Source: Candidatus Poseidoniaceae archaeon
Lineage (GTDB): Archaea; Thermoplasmatota; Poseidoniia; Poseidoniales; Poseidoniaceae
Length of the DNA: 32,000 bases
Direction of reading: 5' to 3'
Assembly: GCA_943789275.1 (NCBI GenBank)
Contig: CALSTM010000002.1
Coordinates: 390,001 to 422,000 of the forward strand
Shown: one piece after another, positions 8,779 through 15,044 of the stretch
Layout of the letters: each line of letters starts with the position of its first letter
How positions within the stretch are numbered: position 1 is the first letter of the stretch
Made by a program: the position numbers and the translations under genes
The notes under the pieces: model-generated
What the model was told of the DNA's origin: nothing
The model's input: only the letters and a program-made list of their open reading frames with translations
Database searches by the model: none

Positions 8779-10092
8779 TCAGAATCCTCTTGCCCCAGCA
8801 AGTGCGGTTGAAAGGAGCATGTCAGGCTCCCAATCCATAATATTGACACCAAGTCCACGAAGTTCGCTGATGAGAACGTCGCGCTCAGTTTTCATAACTT
8901 CGTATCCAGTTCGGTCAATGCGTCGGGCATCGAATTCAAACTCGAGCGAAGATGGAGTTAATACAGTTACGTCAAAGTCACGAGCCCGGAAGTCACGCAA
9001 CGCATTGACGATGGTTGGGTCATCTTCGAGATTCGACAAGAAGATGATTGGACTGCCCTTGTTGATGTGCGGCATGATTCTGTTGACAACGACTTGCAAT
9101 GGGATGTTCCCACGTGCGACAGCGCCTGCAAGTTTCGTCAGAATCACATACAATTGTTTCTTTCCTGTGTCTCGGTCAACACTCACAACTTCATCACCGT
9201 AAACGATGACACCAACGGAGTCACGTCGACCGAGGAAGAACTTCGCAAGAGATGCAGCAGCTCGGGTTGAATACACCAAGGCATTGCGAGATACTGGTCC
9301 TGTTTCAGCAACAGATCGTGAATCTACAATAATGATGATATCAGAAACTGCGTCACGTTCTCGTTCGTTCACCATGAGTTTTCCTGAACGAGCGTATGCA
9401 GACCAGTTGATAGCACGGAACGAGTCACCTTCAAAATATTCACGCAGTGAATAAAACTCCGAACCCGGACCAGGTTGCCGAATGTTAACAGCACCAGTGA
9501 AAATCTTCGGAACTCGGGACTTCACAAACGTCTCTTTGAGGTCTTCCATCTTCGGGAACACAAGGAAATCATTGTAGACATGCAATTCTTTTTCCTTGTG
9601 GAACAATCCGAACGGGTCTTGAATCCTGACAGCCACAGGACCAACACTGTAGAAACCTCGGAGTGGGCATTCAACGGTGTATTCAATCAACGTTTCACGG
9701 CGGGGACCAAGTTCCATCAAAATGTAATTTGCACCGTCTTTGATGCGCATTACTTCAGGGACACGGTCTCGAACTTCCAAAATTTTAGCAAGAGATGAAT
9801 GGTTTTGCATCCTCAGCGTGATGTTTAACTCACCGTCTTCAAAGATACGTGCACTCGACATTTTTCGCATTGCAGTAACGCTGTTGAGCGCCGCACCCTC
9901 TTCACCCGACCATTCTTCTGCGCGTCGGCCTGTGGCCGCGACGTCAGCGTGTCCGCCGAAAAGAGCAGCCCAGGTCAAGAAGACGAAGATGACAACTGCA
10001 ATCGTAACAAGTTGGGAGTTTCGCAAGGTAAGACCGAGCAAATACATGGCAATAGCCAAACTACCTAACATTGCAGATTTACGACTCCACAT
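8779..10092 (-). CDS. DUF58 family protein (vWA-like fold) with N-terminal TM hairpin
   Basis: Signature LREYFEGDSFRAINWSAYARSGKLMVNERERD followed by IIIIVDS. The N-terminal hairpin is LGSLAIAMYLLGLTL / VTIAVVIFVFLTWAALFGG. The track starts at GTG 10101; ATG 10092 has GAGGTGA 5 nt upstream and is preferred. Confidence 0.85.
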   Translation of the reverse strand: MWSRKSAMLGSLAIAMYLLGLTLRNSQLVTIAVVIFVFLTWAALFGGHADVAATGRRAEEWSGEEGAALNSVTAMRKMSSARIFEDGELNITLRMQNHSSLAKILEVRDRVPEVMRIKDGANYILMELGPRRETLIEYTVECPLRGFYSVGPVAVRIQDPFGLFHKEKELHVYNDFLVFPKMEDLKETFVKSRVPKIFTGAVNIRQPGPGSEFYSLREYFEGDSFRAINWSAYARSGKLMVNERERDAVSDIIIIVDSRSVAETGPVSRNALVYSTRAAASLAKFFLGRRDSVGVIVYGDEVVSVDRDTGKKQLYVILTKLAGAVARGNIPLQVVVNRIMPHINKGSPIIFLSNLEDDPTIVNALRDFRARDFDVTVLTPSSLEFEFDARRIDRTGYEVMKTERDVLISELRGLGVNIMDWEPDMLLSTALAGARGF

Positions 10093-10125
10093 CACATTCA
10101 CCTCAAATTCAGTTTAGAACTGTAA

Positions 10126-11292
10126 TCAAACAGTCGGGACTGGAACTTCTCGTAGAATAGCTTGAATCACTTCACCGGACTCAAGGCCCTTGATTTGATG
10201 CTCAGGCTTGAGAATAATTCGGTGTGCAAGTGCAAGTTCAGCAATCGCTTTGATATCATCAGGAGTGACGAAGTCACGACCACGAAGTGCTGCAGCAGCA
10301 CGAGAGGTCTTGAGCAATGCTTGGGAACCACGAGGAGAAGCGCCGACCAAAACACGAGGGTCTTCACGTGTACGGGAAACAACTTCGACCATGTACATTC
10401 GCAGAGCAGGGTCAACGTAGACGAATTCACATGCTTGTTGCATGTTAATCACCATTTCTGGGTGAGTAATGACTTCGACTTCAACTGCGTCCTTTCCACG
10501 AGAAATACGACGAGAAAGAATCTCATCTTCGTCAGCACGGTCAGGGTATCCAACGGACATCTTGAACATGAAACGGTCAAGTTGTGCTTCAGGAAGTGGG
10601 TATGTACCTTCTTGTTCGACAGGGTTTTGAGTTGCCATAACAATGAACGGTGCAGGGAGTTTGTGGGTCACTGTACCAATGGTAACTTGCTTCTCTTGCA
10701 TAGCCTCAAGCAATGCAGCCTGGGTCTTTGGAGGAGCACGGTTAATCTCGTCAGCAAGAAGAAGGTTACAGAACAATGGTCCTGGCTTGAAGGTAAATTC
10801 ACCCTTCTTTGCGTCGTAGATGTTTGTACCGGTGATGTCTGCAGGGAGCAAGTCAGGCGTAAATTGAACACGCTTGAAATCGCAACCGAGCGCATCAGCG
10901 AACGTGTTGGTCATCAGTGTCTTAGCCAGACCTGGATAATCTTCGAACAGAAGGTTACCGTTGGAAAGGATGTTGATCAAGACGTTATCGATAACGTGTG
11001 CTTTACCGATAATAACTTTCTGGACTTCGGCACTGATTGCGCTTGCAATCGAACCGACGGCCTTCAACTTCTCTTTGTTTTCTGGGCTGGTTTGGTGCTT
11101 CGGTTGAACCGGAGCGGCCGGTGCTGGCGCTGCTGGGGCTGGCGCTGCTGGCGCTGCTGGCATAGGCGCTGGTGCTGCTGGCATAGGTGCCGCAGGCATT
11201 GGCGCTGCTGGTGCAGGCATTGCAGGTGCTGGGGCCGCAGGAGCTGCTGGCGCTGGCGCGGGCGGGGCTGCTGGGGGGGCGGGGGGTTGCAT
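10126..11292 (-). CDS. moxR: MoxR-family AAA+ ATPase with unusual ~63-aa Pro/Ala-rich N-terminal extension
   Basis: Motifs GNLLFEDYPGLAKT (Walker A region), FKRVQFTPDLLPADITG, LLLADEINRAPPKTQAALLEAMQE (Walker B/sensor), MATQNPVEQEGTYPLPEAQLDRF and GASPRGS. ATG 11292 has GGAGGA 9 nt upstream. Confidence 0.92.
   Translation of the reverse strand: MQPPAPPAAPPAPAPAAPAAPAPAMPAPAAPMPAAPMPAAPAPMPAAPAAPAPAAPAPAAPVQPKHQTSPENKEKLKAVGSIASAISAEVQKVIIGKAHVIDNVLINILSNGNLLFEDYPGLAKTLMTNTFADALGCDFKRVQFTPDLLPADITGTNIYDAKKGEFTFKPGPLFCNLLLADEINRAPPKTQAALLEAMQEKQVTIGTVTHKLPAPFIVMATQNPVEQEGTYPLPEAQLDRFMFKMSVGYPDRADEDEILSRRISRGKDAVEVEVITHPEMVINMQQACEFVYVDPALRMYMVEVVSRTREDPRVLVGASPRGSQALLKTSRAAAALRGRDFVTPDDIKAIAELALAHRIILKPEHQIKGLESGEVIQAILREVPVPTV
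11104..11292 (-). repeat. GC-rich imperfect tandem codon repeats (GCN/CCN) encoding the Pro/Ala-rich N-terminus of MoxR
   Basis: The plus strand reads ..gctggcgctgctggggctggcgctgctggcgctgctggcataggcgctggtgctgctggcataggtgcc... The translation is MQPPAPPAAPPAPAPAAPAAPAPAMPAPAAPMPAAPMPAAPAPMPAAPAAPAPAAPAPAAP. Confidence 0.8.
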
Positions 11293-11311
11293 GTCTATTT
11301 TCCTCCAATTA

Positions 11312-12961
11312 TCAATTTCCCCAACGACGTATGTGAGGAATAACTTCCCTCAATTCTTCGTTGGAGTAGGAACGGCTGGAGCTGATGAGCTCAACCAGGC
11401 GCGGGTCTCGAACCATTTGCATGATTTCCGCAGGGGTTTTTCGCATGAATTCATCACGCGTCAAATCGTTAAATTGCCGAACCTTCGAAAGCAGCGCTTC
11501 CCTGGTTCGGATTTGGTATTGAGAAGAATCCAGTTTCTTTGGACGTTCTCTGAATCGAGTGAGGTCAAACACATGGCGCCAGTTCTCTTTTTCTGGAACT
11601 ACCATGATGGCAATAGCAAGCAATGCAAAGAGGTTGAGGATGATGAGCCACTTGAGGACAACATCACTGGTTAACAGAACTACAGCGCCCATGGCTTCGG
11701 TAAAAGGAGATGCAAGAGCGCTCGATACGTGACGGCTTTCATCAAAGACGACGTAGTGTTCCGAAGGAGAGCGACGGATGGTGTTTGAAAGTTCAGCGTT
11801 ATCGAATTCCATCATGTCGTAAATCAAGGCGGTGAAATATTTGCTGTTACCACTCCATTCGGTTTCACCTTGAGCAGAAGAGAGGCCATTCGGGTCTGTG
11901 TCCCAGCAGTTGTGGCCGTTTTCGATGTAGGCAGGAGAAGTGCATTGGAGGTAGCCGTTCTCATCAGCCAAATCTTGATCCCACAGGTGGTTCGCAAGAA
12001 CAGAGTGATCGGATACGAAAACGATCGAACCGGTGACATCGACTTCACCGATATCGTTGTTTGGCTTTTTATCAAGAACGTCGCTGACTGGATAGTCGAT
12101 ACGGATAATGAGGCCTGTCATCCCTTCTCCAAGGGTTGGATTGAGGTCGCTGTCAATGTTGTCAGGGTACTTTGCAACACGTGCTGATGTTGACGCTGCT
12201 GCAAGAATGTTGACTTCACGGTTCGAATCTGTTTGTTCATCGAGCACTTGAATTGCAGTAGGTCGGTGGAAAAGGACTGGCATTCGACAGTTGTCCACTT
12301 GTGCGCTTGAAACTGCTTCATCCGAACATGGTATGAGTTTTTCATCGCCCATATCGCTGATGTTTTGGTTCACGCTAGCGGCGGACCAAAGACGACGGTA
12401 ATCTGCAGGTTGAATCACTCCGACTGAGTCTTCGACTTCGTAATAGCGTTGGTCGTCATAGACGGGTGCGTCGAAGTATTTCACACCAAATTCCTCCGCC
12501 ACAAGTTGTGCGTTGGTTGAACTTGCAGCCAAGATGACCTTACCTCCTTTTTCGGTGACGAAGTTATGAAGAGCTGATGCTTCTGCGGCATCGAATGGCT
12601 TTTCAGGACCTGCGATGATCAGCATTGTACGATGAGGGTCGTTCCAGTCGTTGACGAGCATTGGCGTCGACATGGTGTTCGCAATACTGTAGTCTTTGTC
12701 CTCAAGGACATCTCTCATTTCAGTCAACTGTTGCATTGAATACTCGTCTGTAGCATTGTTGTATGGGGAAAGGACCGTTGTCTTATTCCAACTGACTGCT
12801 GTGACAATAAGAATCGACAAAAACAGCGAAGAAACAAAGCCAACTTTCAGCCAAGTTTCAATAGAAATTTTGCTGGAATCTTCTTCTGCTATTTCTATCC
12901 CCCCTTGTGCGATTGCCGTAGTCTCAACGGTATAAACAACCGTCGGAACATCGCTCCACAC
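11312..12961 (-). CDS. Bitopic membrane protein with large Cys-containing ectodomain, DUF4350-like; first gene of the MoxR operon
   Basis: N-terminal TM (LKVGFVSSLFLSILIVTAVSW). The stretch MLIIAGPEKPFDAAEASALHNFVTEKGGKVILAASS resembles the DUF4350/GldG-like core. Paired cysteines (IPCSD..VDNCR; LQCTS..GHNCWD) suggest an extracytoplasmic location. A second TM (WLIILNLFALLAIAIMVV) is followed by a ~95-aa basic cytoplasmic tail. The only start option at the 5' end is GTG 12961, immediately after an in-frame TAA, so the start is uncertain. Confidence 0.65.
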   Translation of the reverse strand: MWSDVPTVVYTVETTAIAQGGIEIAEEDSSKISIETWLKVGFVSSLFLSILIVTAVSWNKTTVLSPYNNATDEYSMQQLTEMRDVLEDKDYSIANTMSTPMLVNDWNDPHRTMLIIAGPEKPFDAAEASALHNFVTEKGGKVILAASSTNAQLVAEEFGVKYFDAPVYDDQRYYEVEDSVGVIQPADYRRLWSAASVNQNISDMGDEKLIPCSDEAVSSAQVDNCRMPVLFHRPTAIQVLDEQTDSNREVNILAAASTSARVAKYPDNIDSDLNPTLGEGMTGLIIRIDYPVSDVLDKKPNNDIGEVDVTGSIVFVSDHSVLANHLWDQDLADENGYLQCTSPAYIENGHNCWDTDPNGLSSAQGETEWSGNSKYFTALIYDMMEFDNAELSNTIRRSPSEHYVVFDESRHVSSALASPFTEAMGAVVLLTSDVVLKWLIILNLFALLAIAIMVVPEKENWRHVFDLTRFRERPKKLDSSQYQIRTREALLSKVRQFNDLTRDEFMRKTPAEIMQMVRDPRLVELISSSRSYSNEELREVIPHIRRWGN

Positions 12962-13043
12962 TTAATGCTTGTTCATGCATGATTTGAAGCCACAGGTTAA
13001 TAGGAGAGGAAAAAGCGTTATCTTAAGGTTCTTCGATTCGTTG

Positions 13044-13078
13044 AAAATACCGCAAAAATGCTAAAAATAACAGAAAAA
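13044..13078 (-). terminator. Cluster of oligo-T tracts (archaeal-type intrinsic termination signal) downstream of the surface-protein gene
   Basis: The minus strand directly after the TAA (13095-13097) reads ..CTCCCGTTTTTCTGTTATTTTTAGCATTTTTGCGGTATTTTC... That is four T4-T5 runs within ~40 nt, in the only sizeable (133-bp) gap of the minus-strand gene run. Confidence 0.4.
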
Positions 13079-13094
13079 CGGGAGAAATAGTGTT

Positions 13095-14060
13095 TTACCG
13101 CTGTTTGCGAAGTACAGAAACCAATCCGAGCAGAATCAGCAACTCCAAGCCGCCAACCCAAGGTACGGAATTGGATTCTTCAGTCAATATCGCTTCATCC
13201 TCATCCCGGTCATCGTCGTTGGATGGGGAATCATCTTGCTCCGACTCTGATGCCTTCACGTCCACGTCAAAAGTTGCACTGCGTGAGGCTTCGTCGCCTT
13301 CGGATTCAAGGGAAAGCGTTACTTCACAGACTCGAGTTTGTTGACTGCTCGAGGCTTCAAGTGTAAGGGTAACAAACGTGTCCTTGCCGTTTTGGGCGCC
13401 GGTAGGATCTACCACGGTATTGGAAAGTTCTTCAACACCCACCATGGTCAAATGAGGGCAACTCCTAAACTGAACTGTGGCCTCTTTAATGGCATCTTTC
13501 GTGTTACCATTGTTGATGATTTGGGCTGAGAGTTCAATGGATGAGCCTGAGAATAATTGTTCCTCGGGAAGAGTGACTGAAGGCCTAAGATCAAAGATTT
13601 TTGGAACACTAAAATCACCATCTAATTCTTGAGAACTGGCTGTTGTGTCGCCAACTTTCTGTTCTGCGGTAATCGTTAGGGTCGAATCGTTATTCGGATT
13701 GTATTCGCGCGCAGCATCGTCATCAACAGAATCAAACTCAATCGTGAATGTTTCGTTACCGTTTGCGGCGACTGAGAAAGTCTCAGGGCCAGAAAAAGTG
13801 AACGGCACCCAAGTATCAAACTCGTACTCAAGCGAAAGTTCCAGTTGCGTCATTGCGTTGTTTTCGACATAGACGACAACTTCGCCTTCAGCATCCCAAT
13901 CAATATCCATGTCTACTACGAAGGTCGAATCCATATTGGTTGCCCAACCGATTGTCCATGATGGTCCATCAATGGGTGATTGCGCTTGAACAGAAAAACC
14001 GCTGCACACAGACAATCCCAAAAGGAAAGTCGTGAGAAATGCGACGGTCTTTTCCCCCAT
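13095..14060 (-). CDS. Secreted, highly acidic surface protein (Ig-like/CARDB-like beta domains) with C-terminal TM anchor
   Basis: Signal peptide MGEKTVAFLTTFLLGLSVCSGFSVQAQS. Two beta-rich segments, the second CARDB-like (LFSGSSIELSAQIINNGNTKDAIKEATVQF). Asp/Glu/Ser-rich stalk (ASESEQDDSPSNDDDRDEDE), then VPWVGGLELLILLGLVSVLRKQR at the extreme C-terminus. Confidence 0.7.
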   Translation of the reverse strand: MGEKTVAFLTTFLLGLSVCSGFSVQAQSPIDGPSWTIGWATNMDSTFVVDMDIDWDAEGEVVVYVENNAMTQLELSLEYEFDTWVPFTFSGPETFSVAANGNETFTIEFDSVDDDAAREYNPNNDSTLTITAEQKVGDTTASSQELDGDFSVPKIFDLRPSVTLPEEQLFSGSSIELSAQIINNGNTKDAIKEATVQFRSCPHLTMVGVEELSNTVVDPTGAQNGKDTFVTLTLEASSSQQTRVCEVTLSLESEGDEASRSATFDVDVKASESEQDDSPSNDDDRDEDEAILTEESNSVPWVGGLELLILLGLVSVLRKQR

Positions 14061-14069
14061 AGTATCACT

Positions 14070-15044
14070 TCATTCAAGCATTTTTTCAACCGCACGTTTG
14101 GTCAGCACTCGAACCATTGATTTACGGTAGCGGGGCGGAAGAGAGGTGTTGTTTACTGGTTTGACACTCTTTCGAATCTCAGCAGCCAAGGTCTTGACAG
14201 AATTCATTCCATCCCATTCTGTTTCGAGAACCGAAGCTACTTCATCTGGGTGGCATCGGGGAATGGATTCAAGGGCTGTGGTGGCCACTTTGAGAGAAGA
14301 TGCATCCCCTGGAATCCATGACGCAGCAACGCCCGCTTCAGGGAAATCCCAAGTGTCACGGACTCGCAGTTTTTGATAAGAGCCAGTTCGGGATGCGCCT
14401 TCGTCAGAAATGGTGATTTTGAGTAAAAACTCACCCTTTTCGAGAACATTCTTCTTCATTCCATCAAGTTGGTAAAACTCTTGCAAAGGCATCGTACGCA
14501 ATCCATTGGGGCCGATAAGGTGGACTTCAGCATCCAGCACCATAAGCGTAGGTGCGATGTCGCCTTGATAGGTTGCCACACACAATGTGTTTTGATTCGG
14601 AATAACCCGACAATCAGCACCTGTACCGCAGTCTGCTTTGTGGCACCAGTCAATAGAACGCCGCCAGTCTTCGCCTTGATTGTACCAGAAACAACGTGTG
14701 TCAAGGCATAAATTACCACCCAACGTAGCATTCCTTCGAATCAACGAAGAGGCGACTTTACTCGCTGCTTCAACAACCAAGGGATGTATTCCGTTTTCAG
14801 TGGTAAGGTCTGCAAGTCGTGCCATGCACCCAATTTCTTGCAACGATAAAGTATCTACACCTTCAATTCGAGCGAGAGATATAACGTGAGGTTTTGGATT
14901 CAAGTGCCATTTGTAATTCGGTAGCAGGTCGGTACCTCCGGCAACCCAATCAAATTCTTCACCCTTTTCCATGAGAGAGCCAGCCAGTGCGCAAGCCTCC
15001 TCAACCGTCGTTGGATTGTGCAAAACAAACGGTGGCATAAGCAT
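14070..15044 (-). CDS. Xanthine dehydrogenase family, FAD-binding medium subunit (CoxM/XdhB-like)
   Basis: F.LHNPTTVEEACAL.. followed by WVAGGTDLLPNYK and ATLGGNL is typical of the FAD_binding_5 domain. Its ATG shares one nt with the large-subunit TGA (TGATG at 15042-15046). Confidence 0.85.
   Translation of the reverse strand: MLMPPFVLHNPTTVEEACALAGSLMEKGEEFDWVAGGTDLLPNYKWHLNPKPHVISLARIEGVDTLSLQEIGCMARLADLTTENGIHPLVVEAASKVASSLIRRNATLGGNLCLDTRCFWYNQGEDWRRSIDWCHKADCGTGADCRVIPNQNTLCVATYQGDIAPTLMVLDAEVHLIGPNGLRTMPLQEFYQLDGMKKNVLEKGEFLLKITISDEGASRTGSYQKLRVRDTWDFPEAGVAASWIPGDASSLKVATTALESIPRCHPDEVASVLETEWDGMNSVKTLAAEIRKSVKPVNNTSLPPRYRKSMVRVLTKRAVEKMLE

Noticed and set aside
11100-11292. Tandem repeat region as a CRISPR array or non-coding satellite
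   Set aside because: The units are short, imperfect and in-frame within moxR. There is no repeat-spacer periodicity and there are no cas genes.
10162-11343. A 393-aa ORF on the plus strand, fully antisense to moxR, ending in a Cys/Arg/Trp-rich tail (CWRCWGWRCWRCWHRRW..)
   Set aside because: The minus-strand frame carries unmistakable MoxR AAA+ motifs. The antisense ORF is a by-product of codon bias plus the complement of the GCN/CCN Pro/Ala repeat, and it has no recognisable domain.
12959-12976. Four-codon mini-ORF ATG AAC AAG CAT TAA abutting the GTG start of the DUF4350-like gene (possible termination-reinitiation)
   Set aside because: It is too short to distinguish from chance, and the true start of the downstream gene is itself uncertain. 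I note it only as something to check if 5'-end data become available.
13095-13170. C-terminus of the surface protein as a PGF-CTERM archaeosortase signal
   Set aside because: The tripartite shape is present but the motif is VPWVGG, not PGF. It cannot be assigned to the known ArtA signal class, so it is kept only as a low-interest finding.
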